From contig JBGQBE010000033.1 in assembly GCA_041494685.1 (NCBI GenBank), positions 1 through 35,046 on the forward strand: a DNA stretch of 35,046 bases, written 5' to 3'. This DNA comes from Dehalococcoidia bacterium. Lineage in GTDB: Bacteria > Chloroflexota > Dehalococcoidia > DSTF01 > JACRBR01. Shown here piece by piece: positions 1 to 10,178 of the stretch. The first letter of the stretch is position 1. Each line of letters opens with the position of its first letter. The notes beneath the pieces are model-generated. The model searched no databases, was not told the origin of the DNA, and saw only the letters and a list, made by a program, of their open reading frames with translations. The translations under genes and the position numbers were made by a program.

Positions 1-443
1 CACAGCGCGCTGGCCTCGTTGCAGTAGACCCCCGGCGACGCGTCCGTACTCACGTCAGCAGCGAATTGCAGCGTGATGGAGTCGCCCGGACCGATCGTCT
101 TGCCATCGTAGAACCAGCCAAAGGGCGGGCAGTCCTGGCTGTCGGGCTCCCCGGGGATGGGGTTGCCGCTCGTGCTGCCCTGCTGGTAGCTGAAGTTCTC
201 CGGCAACGTGTCGGTGATGCAGTTGAGATAGAGGGTGTCGCCCTCGCCCTGGTTCGGGTTGTGGACGATGATCTCGTACCAGACCGTACCGCCCGGATTC
301 GTGTGGTTGACCTTGGTGGTCTGCTTGGTGATTTCCAGCGGCAGCGGTGCCTGCTGCGTGGCGTGCGCCTGCTGGATGAACGCGGGCAGCGCCGCCACAC
401 TGATGCCCAACAGCAGCAGAAAAATCCCTAATCTGCGTTTCAT
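1..443 (-). CDS. Secreted protein with DUF11/Ig-like domain (runs off the window's left edge)
   Basis: Not in the ORF track because it has no stop in the window. Manual translation from ATG at 443 gives MKRRLGIFLLLLGISVAALPAFIQQAHA-TQQAPLPLEITKQTT...PGGTVWYEIIVHN...ITDTLPENFSYQQGS...IGPGDSITLQF...GVYCNEASA: a Sec signal peptide plus the DUF11-type 'ITK..PG..V.Y.I.V.N..ITD.LP..F.Y..GS' pattern. SD GGAGGAG lies upstream. Confidence 0.75.
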   Translation of the reverse strand, partial: MKRRLGIFLLLLGISVAALPAFIQQAHATQQAPLPLEITKQTTKVNHTNPGGTVWYEIIVHNPNQGEGDTLYLNCITDTLPENFSYQQGSTSGNPIPGEPDSQDCPPFGWFYDGKTIGPGDSITLQFAADVSTDASPGVYCNEASAL

Positions 444-743
444 ATGATTCACTCCTCCGCTTCTCAATCAAAGCCAACAGCGCCGAGATTCGAACCGGTG
501 CCGGTTGGCGATCTTCTAAACTGCCGGATTCCTACAAACCCTAACACCGCAGGCAGCCAGATGTGTACTGCCGGAATCGACGAGTTTAGCCGTATGTCAA
601 GTGCCGGTGCGCGCGTGTCCACGCCGCTGGAACGCGCATGGCGGCGCGCAGTGGCGGTGGTCCAAACGAGGTGCAGACAGGTCAACCGGAGCAACGACCA
701 TCATCAGGCAGTCCTCCCTCGTTTGGCCGCCTATGCGGCCCCC

Positions 744-752
744 TGCTATACT
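744..752 (+). promoter_or_regulatory. Extended -10 promoter (TGCTATACT) for the rpsB operon
   Basis: TGnTATACT about 80 nt upstream of rpsB. Confidence 0.55.
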
Positions 753-775
753 GTTGCGTCTATGAATTCGGAAGA

Positions 776-815
776 CCGGACCTGGGGCCGCCTGGCCTCA
801 AATTTATGTCCGGAC
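776..815 (+). promoter_or_regulatory. Structured rpsB 5' leader (possible S2 autoregulatory element)
   Basis: CCGGAC/GTCCGG outer stem encloses a GGGGCC/GGCCTC hairpin, just before SD GGGAG; rpsB leaders are commonly autoregulatory. Confidence 0.35.
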
Positions 816-828
816 GATTGGGAGTCCT

Positions 829-1662
829 ATGGCCACCGCACCTACCCCCTCAGCATCTATGAAGGCGCTCCTCGAAGCGGGCGTGCACTTCGGGCACCAG
901 ACTCGGCGCTGGGACCCGCGCATGAAGCCGTACATCTTCACCGAGCGCAACGGCATCCACATCATCGACCTCCAGCAAACGGTGCCGCTGCTCGAGCAGG
1001 CGATGGACTTCGCCCGTTCTGTCTCCGCGCGCGGCCAGTCGATCCTCTTCGTCGGCACGAAGAAGCAGGCGCAGGAGTCGATCGAGACGGAGGCGCGCCG
1101 CTCAGGCATGCCGTTCGTCACGAACCGCTGGCTGGGCGGCACGCTCACCAACTTCCAGACGATCGAGAGCCGGATCGACCACCTGGTGCGGCTGGAAGAC
1201 CGCCGCGACCGCGGCGAACTCGGCCTCCTCATCAAGAAGGAAGCCGGCAAGATCATGGAAGAGATCGAGCGGATGAACCGCTACTTTGGCGGCATCAAGA
1301 TCATGAAGCGGCTGCCGGGCGCACTCTTCATCGTCGACCCGCCGATGGAGCGCATCGCCGTCACCGAGGCGATGCGCATGCGCATCCCGATCATCGCCAT
1401 GTGCGATACGAACTGCAACCCGAACGAGATCGACTACCCGATCCCGGCGAATGACGACGCGATCCGGGCGGTCAAGCTGATCGCCAGCCGCGTCGCCGAC
1501 GCCGCGCTCGAGGGCAGCAACCTCCAGGGCTACGCGTCGGAGGCCGACGACACCGAGGGGCTCGACATGGGCTCGCTGGCGAGCGCGGGCACGTTCTCCG
1601 CGTCGCCGGATGACCCGGAGCCGCGGGCGGCAGCGCAGGGCGACGCGGCTCCCGGGGCCTGA
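829..1662 (+). CDS. rpsB: 30S ribosomal protein S2
   Basis: [28 protein letters not shown] and [11 protein letters not shown] motifs. Confidence 0.99.
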   Translation: MATAPTPSASMKALLEAGVHFGHQTRRWDPRMKPYIFTERNGIHIIDLQQTVPLLEQAMDFARSVSARGQSILFVGTKKQAQESIETEARRSGMPFVTNRWLGGTLTNFQTIESRIDHLVRLEDRRDRGELGLLIKKEAGKIMEEIERMNRYFGGIKIMKRLPGALFIVDPPMERIAVTEAMRMRIPIIAMCDTNCNPNEIDYPIPANDDAIRAVKLIASRVADAALEGSNLQGYASEADDTEGLDMGSLASAGTFSASPDDPEPRAAAQGDAAPGA

Positions 1663-1682
1663 TTCAGAGAGGACAGAGCAAC

Positions 1683-2186
1683 GTGGCATCAGCTGAAGAC
1701 GTAAAGCGCCTTCGCGAGGCGACGAACGCGGGCGTCATGGACTGCAAGCGGGCGCTCGACGAGACCGGCGGAGACTTCGAGAAGGCCAAGCACTACCTGC
1801 GCGAGAAGGGCATCGCCGGCGCCGAGAAGAAGGCCGGGCGCGAGACCTCGCAAGGGCTGGTCGATTCTTACATCCACGCGGGCGGGCGCATCGGCGTGCT
1901 CGTCGAGGTGAACTGCGAGACCGACTTCGTGGCGGCGACGGGCGAGTTCAAGAAGCTCGTGCACGACATCGCCCTCCAGATCACGGGCATCGCCACGACG
2001 CTGGCCATCACGGAGGACGATCTGCCGGCGGACGCCGTGGGCGACCCGGAGGAGACCGTGCTGATGAAGCAGCGCTTCATCAAGGACGGCAGCCAGACCA
2101 TCGAGCAGCTTGTGAAGGAAACGATCGCCAAGACGGGTGAGAACATCCGCATCCGGCGCTTCACGCGGTACGAACTCGGCCAGTAG
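1683..2186 (+). CDS. tsf: Elongation factor Ts (short form)
   Basis: VKRLREATNAGVMDCKRAL, EVNCETDFVA and GENIRIRRF motifs; GTG start; follows rpsB. Confidence 0.98.
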   Translation: MASAEDVKRLREATNAGVMDCKRALDETGGDFEKAKHYLREKGIAGAEKKAGRETSQGLVDSYIHAGGRIGVLVEVNCETDFVAATGEFKKLVHDIALQITGIATTLAITEDDLPADAVGDPEETVLMKQRFIKDGSQTIEQLVKETIAKTGENIRIRRFTRYELGQ

Positions 2187-2942
<756 letters not shown>

Positions 2943-3039
2943 CGGGGGAGGTGCGCCGTGCACGCGCGGCATCTCACATCGGCGGATCCTGAGGTACTAT
3001 AAGGCCGGTCTGACCGGATCGAGAGAGGGCCCACGGGAG

Positions 3040-3597
3040 ATGATCGAAGACACGCTCAGGGACGCCGAGCATCGCATGCAGAGCGCCGTCGGGTCGCTCG
3101 ACCGCGACCTCGACACCGTCCGCACGGGGCGGGCGCGCCCTTCGCTCGTGGAGGCGCTGAAGATCGAGTACTACGGCACGCCGACGCCGCTCAACCAGCT
3201 GGCGACCATCGGCGCGCCCGAGCCGCGGCTGATCACGATCCTGCCGTGGGACAAGACGCAACTCCCCAACATCGAAAAGGCGATCCAGAAGTCCGATCTG
3301 GGCCTCACGCCCACCAACGACGGTAATTTGATCCGCCTGGTCGTCCCGCCACTGAACGAAGACCGGCGCAAGGAGCTGGTGAAAGTCGTCCACAAGAAGG
3401 TCGAGGAGGCGCGCATCGCCGTGCGCAACGTGCGCCGTGACTCGCTCGACCACCTCCGCAAGCTACAGCACGACAAACAGATCACCGACGACGACGAGCG
3501 CCGCGCCCAGGAGCGGCTGCAGAAGATCACCGACCGGTACGTCGCGGAGGTCGATAAGCACGGCCACGCGAAGGAGCAGGAACTGCTCGAAGTCTAG
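3040..3597 (+). CDS. frr: Ribosome recycling factor
   Basis: VRTGRA, YYGTPTPLNQLA and ARIAVRNVRRD motifs. Confidence 0.98.
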   Translation: MIEDTLRDAEHRMQSAVGSLDRDLDTVRTGRARPSLVEALKIEYYGTPTPLNQLATIGAPEPRLITILPWDKTQLPNIEKAIQKSDLGLTPTNDGNLIRLVVPPLNEDRRKELVKVVHKKVEEARIAVRNVRRDSLDHLRKLQHDKQITDDDERRAQERLQKITDRYVAEVDKHGHAKEQELLEV

Positions 3598-3673
3598 GGT
3601 GCCCCGCGTCGCGCGCGCCCGGGAGGCTGCCCGGCGCGCGGACGCCCGCCCTGTCCAGGTCGCGCCCGGGAGC

Positions 3674-4501
3674 ATGGGAAACAGATACGTGAGATTACGC
3701 CAGAAGCCCAAGCCGGCGAAGCAGCACGCCGCGGCACGCCCCTCGAACGGCCAAAAGCCGCGCCCTGCGAAGCAAGCGGTGCCGCAGTCCGAGGCCGCGC
3801 GGGTGCCACGGCACGTCGCGATCATCATGGACGGCAACGGCCGCTGGGCGGAGGAGCGCGGACTCTCACGCCAGGCCGGGCACCGCGCCGGCACCGAGAA
3901 TATCCGCAAGATCATCCAGACGTTCGGCGAGCGCGGCGTGCAGGTGCTGACGCTCTACGCGTTCTCGACCGAGAACTGGACGCGGCCCCGGCGCGAGGTG
4001 AGCGCGCTGATGCGGCTGATCCCGCGCGTCATCAACCGCGAGATCAAGGAGTTGCACAAGAACGGCGTGCGACTCGTCCACATCGGCAGCCTGGAGCCGC
4101 TGGAGCCGAAGATCCGCGAGAAGGTGGAGCAGGCGATCGCGCTGACGAAGGACAACGACCGCATGACGGTCGCGCTGGCCTTCAACTACGGCGGCCGCGC
4201 GGAGATCCTGGACGCGGTAAAGCGCATCGTCGCCGACCGCGTGAGGCCGCAGCGGATCGACGAGGCGCTGTTCTCGTCGTACCTGTACACATCGGAGATC
4301 GGCGACCCCGACCTGGTGATCCGCACCGCGGGCGAGATGCGGCTCTCCAACTTCCTGCTATGGCAGTCCGCCTACGCCGAGTTCTACGCCACGCCAACGT
4401 ACTGGCCCGACTTCGACGAGACCGAGATCGACCGCGCGCTGGCCGCGTACGGGCAGCGCGAGCGGCGCTTCGGCGGCGTCGAGGCGCAGGCCGGCCGGTG
4501 A
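3674..4501 (+). CDS. uppS: Undecaprenyl/polyprenyl diphosphate synthase
   Basis: PRHVAIIMDGNGRWA, YAFSTENW and RTAGEMRLSNFLLWQ motifs; start placed at ATG 3674 after SD GGGAG. Confidence 0.96.
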   Translation: MGNRYVRLRQKPKPAKQHAAARPSNGQKPRPAKQAVPQSEAARVPRHVAIIMDGNGRWAEERGLSRQAGHRAGTENIRKIIQTFGERGVQVLTLYAFSTENWTRPRREVSALMRLIPRVINREIKELHKNGVRLVHIGSLEPLEPKIREKVEQAIALTKDNDRMTVALAFNYGGRAEILDAVKRIVADRVRPQRIDEALFSSYLYTSEIGDPDLVIRTAGEMRLSNFLLWQSAYAEFYATPTYWPDFDETEIDRALAAYGQRERRFGGVEAQAGR

Positions 4502-4508
4502 GCGGCCG

Positions 4509-5294
4509 TTGCTAGCGCAGCGCGTCGCGAGCGCCGCCGTCGGCATTCCCGTCATCCTCCTGCTCATCTACACCGGCGGACACGTCTACGTCGCGGCCGT
4601 CGCGATGGCGCTGGGCGTGGCCACGCTGGAGTTCCAGCACGCGCGCCGGCCCTGGCTCGACCCCGTCTGCGTGCTCTCGGCCGCGCTGACCGCCGGCATC
4701 GCGGTCGGCGCGCACACCGGCCGCTACGAGTGGTGGGCGTGGCTCGTGGCCGCCGCCGTCCTGGCGCCGCTCGCCGCGCTGGCCCGCCCCATCGGCGAGC
4801 CGCTCGTCGAGGACGCGCTCTGGACGCTCGGCGGCGTGACATACGTGGGGTTCCTGGGCGGGTCCATGGTACTGCTGCGGGACATCGATGACGGCCGCAC
4901 CTGGGTGTACTTGGCGGTGCTCAGCACGTTCGCCGTCGATACCGCGGCGTACTTCACGGGCCGCGCGATAGGCCGCCACAAGCTGGCGCCGCGGATCAGC
5001 CCCAAGAAGACGATCGAGGGCTTCGTAGGCGGCTGCGCGTTCGGATTCGCCGCGGTCGTGGCGCTGAACTACGCGTTCGACTTGGGCGTCGAGCCGGCGA
5101 AGATCGTCCCGCTGGCGCTGGCGCTGCCGCTTGCGGCCGCGGCCGGCGACCTCGTGGAGTCGGCGATGAAGCGGGCGATGCACATCAAGGACGCGAGCGA
5201 GCTGATCCCCGGGCACGGCGGTGTGCTCGACCGCCTCGATTCCATCCTGTTCACGGTGGCGCTGGTGTACCTGTATACGCAGTGGGTGGTCTGA
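4509..5294 (+). CDS. cdsA: Phosphatidate cytidylyltransferase
   Basis: Multi-TM protein with DTAAYFTG, ISPKKTIEG, GDLVES.MKR and IPGHGGVLDRLDS. Confidence 0.96.
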   Translation: MLAQRVASAAVGIPVILLLIYTGGHVYVAAVAMALGVATLEFQHARRPWLDPVCVLSAALTAGIAVGAHTGRYEWWAWLVAAAVLAPLAALARPIGEPLVEDALWTLGGVTYVGFLGGSMVLLRDIDDGRTWVYLAVLSTFAVDTAAYFTGRAIGRHKLAPRISPKKTIEGFVGGCAFGFAAVVALNYAFDLGVEPAKIVPLALALPLAAAAGDLVESAMKRAMHIKDASELIPGHGGVLDRLDSILFTVALVYLYTQWVV

Positions 5295-5371
5295 CGGTTC
5301 CGATGCGGGAACTGCATATGCCGTTACGGCTTCATCACGCTTCACCGCGCCGTATGTGGTAGCTTGATCGC

Positions 5372-6547
5372 ATGGCTGAGCCGCCCAAGGGCGTCGCGGT
5401 GCTGGGGTCCACGGGCTCCATCGGCCGCCAGACGCTGGATGTCATCCGCAAGCTGCCGGGGCAGTTCCGGGTCGTCGCCCTCGCCGGCGGTAGCAACCAC
5501 ACCCTCCTCGAAGACCAGTCCCGCGAGTTCAAGCCGGCATTCGTCTGGTGCCAGGCGCAAGAACGCCACATGGACATCAAGGCGGCCGCGGGCGCGCGCG
5601 CCCGCTGGGCGCCGATGGAGGAGATGGCCGCGCATCCTGACGTAGACGTGGTCGTCGTGGGGACGGCCGGCGCCGCGGGCCTGGGCCCGACGCTGGCCGC
5701 GCTGCGCGCCGGCAAGGCCGTGGCGCTGGCGAACAAGGAAGTGCTCGTGATGGCCGGCCACATCGTCACGGCCGAAGCCGAGCGCGGCGGCGGCGAGTTG
5801 CGCCCCGTCGACAGCGAGCACAGCGCGATCTGGCAATGTCTCTGGGGCGAGGACGTTGCCTCGGTCGAGAAGCTCATCCTCACGGCGTCCGGCGGCGCCT
5901 TCCGCGACCTGCCGCAGCGCGACCTGGCGCGCGTGACGCCGCGCGAGGCGCTGCGCCACCCGACCTGGGACATGGGGCGCAAGATCACGATCGACTCGGC
6001 GACGCTGATGAACAAGGGCTTCGAGGCCATCGAGGCGCGCTGGCTGTTCAACGTGCCGATGTCGCGCGTCGAAGTTGTCATGCACCGCGAGAGCATCGTG
6101 CACTCGCTGGTGGAGTTCACGGACGGCAGCGTGAAAGCGCAGCTCGGCGAGCCGGACATGCGGCTGCCGATCCAGTGCGCGCTCAGCTACCCGGAGCGCG
6201 TCGCGTCCGATTCCGTGCCGCGGCTGAACCTGGCGCGCGTGCAAGCGCTGCACTTCGACGAGCCGGACTTCGGCCGCTACCCGTGCCTGCGCCTCGCGCT
6301 CGAGGCAGGCGCGAAGGGAGGGACCTGGCCGGCGGTGCTGGCCGCGGCGGACGAGGTGGCCGTGGAGCAGTTCGCGCAGGGCGTCATCGGTTTCGCGGAC
6401 ATCGCAAGAGTGGTGGATGCGGCACTTTCGGCCCACTCGGGCGTGGCCGATCCTACACTCGAAGAGGTGCTGGCGGCCGACGCCTGGGCGCGCGAGTTCG
6501 CGCTCGCGCACGGCGCCCCCGTCAAGGCGACGGTGCGGCCGCGTTGA
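5372..6547 (+). CDS. dxr: 1-deoxy-D-xylulose 5-phosphate reductoisomerase
   Basis: LGSTGSIG, LANKE, PVDSEHSAI and HPTWDMGRKITIDSATLMNKGFE motifs. Confidence 0.98.
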   Translation: MAEPPKGVAVLGSTGSIGRQTLDVIRKLPGQFRVVALAGGSNHTLLEDQSREFKPAFVWCQAQERHMDIKAAAGARARWAPMEEMAAHPDVDVVVVGTAGAAGLGPTLAALRAGKAVALANKEVLVMAGHIVTAEAERGGGELRPVDSEHSAIWQCLWGEDVASVEKLILTASGGAFRDLPQRDLARVTPREALRHPTWDMGRKITIDSATLMNKGFEAIEARWLFNVPMSRVEVVMHRESIVHSLVEFTDGSVKAQLGEPDMRLPIQCALSYPERVASDSVPRLNLARVQALHFDEPDFGRYPCLRLALEAGAKGGTWPAVLAAADEVAVEQFAQGVIGFADIARVVDAALSAHSGVADPTLEEVLAADAWAREFALAHGAPVKATVRPR

Positions 6548-6611
6548 ACCAGCGACGGCAACCCAACGTACAGAGAGATGGACCGCCCGCGCACGGGCTG
6601 ACGAGGCACGC

Positions 6612-7991
6612 TTGGACCTTCTGACGCACTCTATCCTCCCGTTCGTGGCGATCCTGCTGGGGCTGGTCACGATCCACGAAGCGGGGCACTACGTCACCGC
6701 CAAGATGTTCGGCGTGAAGGTGCTGGAGGCCGGCGTCGGCTTCCCGCCGCGCATCGCCGGATTCCGCTGGCGCGACACCGACTACACGATCAACGCGCTG
6801 CCGCTCGGCGCGTTCGTGCGGCTGCTCGGCGAAGAAGACCCGTCCGACCCGCAGAGCCTGGCGGCGCAGCCCAAGTGGAAACGCACGGTGATCATCGGCG
6901 CGGGCGCGGCGATGAACCTGGTGGCCGCCATCGCGCTGTTCACCGCGGGGCTGATGATCCCGCACACGATCTCGGCGGGCGGCGCGGAGATCCAATCGGT
7001 CGCGCCGGGCTCGCCGGCAGCGAACGCCGGTCTGCAGAGCGGAGACCAGATCCTGAAGGTCAACGGACGCACCACGGAGAGCGTCCAGGATGCGTCGTAC
7101 TTCATCCGCCTGTATCAGGGCTCGACGATCGACTTTACGGTCAAGCGGAAGGACCCCCGGACCGGCTCGGAGATTGTCAGTACGTCGGCCTACGCGCGGT
7201 GGAACCCGCAGCCCCACACCGACGCCTGTGGCGTGAAGCAGAAAGAAGGGCCGACGGGCATCACCATCGGCACGTCGTTCGGACAGGCCGTGCCGCGCAC
7301 GCAGGCGGAGACGGCGACGCTTCTCGAGCAGAGCAAGAATGATGTCGCCGAGTACAACAAACAGGTGGCGCCCGATTCGCCAGCTTCGTGCTACGCGGGC
7401 GGAGATTTCGGGTTCCGCGGGCTGAACGCAGCCCAGTGCTCGGCACTGGAGCCGGACGCGCAGGCGCAGGCACAGGCGCTGAAGCAGGAGCTGTTCACGA
7501 AGACCGACTCCTCGTGCGTGGTGTTCACGCCGCCACCCGGCTTTGCGGCCTACACACGAAAAGTTCACGAGCCGATCTGGAAGGCGCTGCCGCACGGCAT
7601 CCGCATGAGCGGCGAATCGGTGATCATGATCCGCAATCAGCTCTGGACGCTGGTGCGGGGCTTTGCCGGCAAGTCGCCGATCACCGGCCCCGTAGGCATC
7701 GCGCAGGTGACGGGCGAAGTGGTGGACAACGCCGGCTGGCTGACGCTGATCCAGCTCGCAGCTTCGATCAGCATGAGCCTGGCGCTGATCAATGTGATGC
7801 CTATTCCGATGGTGGATGGCGGCCGCCTGGTGTTCATCCTGATCGAGTTCCTGCGGCGCGGAAAGCGCATCGCGCCGGAGAAGGAGGCACTGGTACACTT
7901 GATCGGATTCGCCGCGATGCTCGTGGGGTTCGCCGTCGTTACCTACTTCGACATAATCCGGATTATCGGCGGAGACAGCCTGCTGCGATGA
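6612..7991 (+). CDS. rseP: RIP metalloprotease RseP (M50) with PDZ domain and an extra insertion
   Basis: HEAGH zinc motif, PLGAFV, PDZ (SPAANAGLQSGDQILKVNG), GPVGI and NVMPIPMVDGG; TTG start at 6612 inferred. Confidence 0.93.
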   Translation: MDLLTHSILPFVAILLGLVTIHEAGHYVTAKMFGVKVLEAGVGFPPRIAGFRWRDTDYTINALPLGAFVRLLGEEDPSDPQSLAAQPKWKRTVIIGAGAAMNLVAAIALFTAGLMIPHTISAGGAEIQSVAPGSPAANAGLQSGDQILKVNGRTTESVQDASYFIRLYQGSTIDFTVKRKDPRTGSEIVSTSAYARWNPQPHTDACGVKQKEGPTGITIGTSFGQAVPRTQAETATLLEQSKNDVAEYNKQVAPDSPASCYAGGDFGFRGLNAAQCSALEPDAQAQAQALKQELFTKTDSSCVVFTPPPGFAAYTRKVHEPIWKALPHGIRMSGESVIMIRNQLWTLVRGFAGKSPITGPVGIAQVTGEVVDNAGWLTLIQLAASISMSLALINVMPIPMVDGGRLVFILIEFLRRGKRIAPEKEALVHLIGFAAMLVGFAVVTYFDIIRIIGGDSLLR

Positions 7992-9136
7992 CGAACCCTC
8001 GACGCAAGTCCAAGCCCGTGTTCGTCGGCGACGTGCAGGTCGGCGGCGACGCCCCGATCGCCGTCCAGTCCATGTGCGCGACCATCACCGAGGACATCGC
8101 AGCGACGATCCGCCAACTGCACGAGCTGAAGGACGCCGGCTGCGACATCGTGCGCATCGCCGTGCCCGACAAGGCGGCGGCTGACGCCCTTCCCGAGATC
8201 GTGAAGCAGAAGCCGCTGCCGATCATCGCGGACATCCACTTCGACTACCGCTGGGCGCTGGCCGCCATCCGTTCCGGCTTCGACGGCCTGCGCCTGAACC
8301 CCGGCAACATCCGCGATGCCGAGAAGGTGAAGCTGGTGGCGCGGGAGGCGAAAGAGCGCGGCATGCCGATCCGCATCGGCGTCAACGCCGGCTCGCTGCC
8401 GCCGATCCGCGCGCTTGCCCAAGGTGAGTTGCCCCCGTCACTGCCCGACCGGATGGTCGAGGCGGCGCTGTGGGAGATCAAGGTCTTGAACGACGCCGGC
8501 TTCGACGACATCAAGATCTCGATGAAGGCGTTCGACGTGCCGACGATGGTCGAGGCGTACCGCCGCCTCGCGGCGATGGTGCCGTACCCGCTGCACCTGG
8601 GCGTGACCGAGGCGGGCACGCCGCGCGCGGGCTCCGTCCGCAGCGCGATCGGCATCGGCATCCTGCTGTCGGAGGGCATCGGCGACACGCTGCGCGTCTC
8701 GCTGGCCGCGCATCCCGTCGAGGAAGTGCCGATCTGCTGGGACATTCTGAACACGCTCAACCTGCGCAAGCGCGGCGCGACGCTCGTCGCCTGCCCGACC
8801 TGCGGCCGCATCGAGATCGAGCTGATCCCGCTGGCGAACAAGGTGGAGGAGCACTTCACCAAACGCGGCAAGATCCTGACCGTCGCGGTGATGGGATGCG
8901 TCGTCAACGGGCCCGGCGAGGCGAAGATGGCCGACCTCGGCATCGCCGGCGGCAAGGGCCGCGGTGTGATCTTCCGTAAGGGCGAAATCGTCAAGACGGT
9001 GGACGAGCCGGAATTCATGAGCGCGCTGATCGAAGAGGGCGAGAAGATCATCGCCGAAATGGAAGCAGGCACCTACATCCCCGTCGGCCACGCCGACCCG
9101 AACGTCATCCCGCTGATGGAAGTGCCGAGCCGCTAG
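7988..9136 (+). CDS. ispG: HMBPP synthase (GcpE)
   Basis: IAVQSM, ADIHFD, RLNPGNI, PLHLGVTEAG, CPTCGR and MGCVVNGPGE motifs; ATGA overlap with rseP. Confidence 0.98.
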   Translation: MTNPRRKSKPVFVGDVQVGGDAPIAVQSMCATITEDIAATIRQLHELKDAGCDIVRIAVPDKAAADALPEIVKQKPLPIIADIHFDYRWALAAIRSGFDGLRLNPGNIRDAEKVKLVAREAKERGMPIRIGVNAGSLPPIRALAQGELPPSLPDRMVEAALWEIKVLNDAGFDDIKISMKAFDVPTMVEAYRRLAAMVPYPLHLGVTEAGTPRAGSVRSAIGIGILLSEGIGDTLRVSLAAHPVEEVPICWDILNTLNLRKRGATLVACPTCGRIEIELIPLANKVEEHFTKRGKILTVAVMGCVVNGPGEAKMADLGIAGGKGRGVIFRKGEIVKTVDEPEFMSALIEEGEKIIAEMEAGTYIPVGHADPNVIPLMEVPSR

Positions 9137-9152
9137 GCCGCAGCCAGCGCAT

Positions 9153-10070
9153 ATGCCACCCAGGAAGCACGCCGCCGCACCGGAGCTGTCGCGGCTGAAG
9201 GTGCTGGCCGCGGCCGATCCGGCCGCGTTCCGCGACTACGCCATCGAGCTGCTGACATCCGGCGGCAGGCTGGCGCGCGAAGCCGCGCTCAGCGCGCTCG
9301 TCGAGCGGCCGCTGCCCGAGGCGCGCCCTGCCCTCCGGTCGCTCTACTTCGCGCTCGACCGCGACGGCCTCAAGCTCGACCAGGGCGCGCTCCAGCGCGT
9401 GCCCATCGTGCGCGTCCTCACCGCGCTCGGCGACACGCGCGACGCCGATGTCGCGGCGCGAGCGGCCAGCACGGTCGAGGTCGCGATGGGCGAGGACATC
9501 TCGTGGCAGCTGCGCGTGCTGGGGCTGCGACTTCTGGCGGACGTCGCGCCGGACCTGTTTCCCTACCTCGCCGTCGAGCACCTGGACGACTACGGCGGCA
9601 TCGACGGCGAGCCGGCGAACACGGCGTTCCAGTTGCTGGCGGGCACGGAGCACTACCTGCCGATCTACCAGTGGCTGATCTCCGGCGAGCGCGACCCGGC
9701 ACTCGTGGCTCCTGCGTTCGAGCTGCTGGGCGGAGCGCCGCAGGTCGTGGTACAACGCTACGTCACGCGCACCATGGAAGCGGCGATCCGGCGCAAGCAC
9801 GAGCCGCTCTGCACCGCGCTCGCCGAGGCGATCGTGCAGCGGGAGATCGAGGACGCGTACCCGGCACTGTCAGAACTGATGTTCGCGAAGCTGTCGGACG
9901 AGCTGTACAACTACCTCGCGGTGCTGCTCGCCGGCACGAACCGCGCGCCGTTGCTTGCGATCCTGGAAGACCAGCTGCACCGCGGCCGTTACCAGAAGGC
10001 CGTCGAGGCGGCGCTGCGCATCCGCACGACGCCGGAGCAGGCGGCCATCCTAAGGCGATGGGAGGAATAA
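9153..10070 (+). CDS. Hypothetical alpha-helical (HEAT-repeat-like) protein
   Basis: 305-aa Leu/Ala-rich amphipathic helices ('AREAALSAL', 'RVPIVRVLTALG'); codon usage matches neighbouring genes. Confidence 0.6.
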   Translation: MPPRKHAAAPELSRLKVLAAADPAAFRDYAIELLTSGGRLAREAALSALVERPLPEARPALRSLYFALDRDGLKLDQGALQRVPIVRVLTALGDTRDADVAARAASTVEVAMGEDISWQLRVLGLRLLADVAPDLFPYLAVEHLDDYGGIDGEPANTAFQLLAGTEHYLPIYQWLISGERDPALVAPAFELLGGAPQVVVQRYVTRTMEAAIRRKHEPLCTALAEAIVQREIEDAYPALSELMFAKLSDELYNYLAVLLAGTNRAPLLAILEDQLHRGRYQKAVEAALRIRTTPEQAAILRRWEE

Positions 10071-10178
10071 TCGGGCCTCTGCCGAGCCAGGTTCGCATGA
10101 GCAGATCAGGGGAATCGCCGCCTTGTCCGCGAGATGATGCCAATGGAGCCGGTTACTTCTGCGCTCCGATACCCCTGC

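Noticed and set aside
484..500. GGTTCGAATCTC on the minus strand resembling a tRNA T-loop
   Set aside because: No acceptor stem, anticodon arm or CCA can be built; it is the loop of a simple hairpin
444..828. ORF 444-1454 overlapping rpsB
   Set aside because: Out-of-frame overlap with rpsB, no recognisable domain, and it spans the promoter region
1683..2186. EF-Ts of only 167 aa as a possible truncation or pseudogene
   Set aside because: Short single-subdomain EF-Ts forms are established in several phyla including Chloroflexota; the N- and C-terminal motifs are intact
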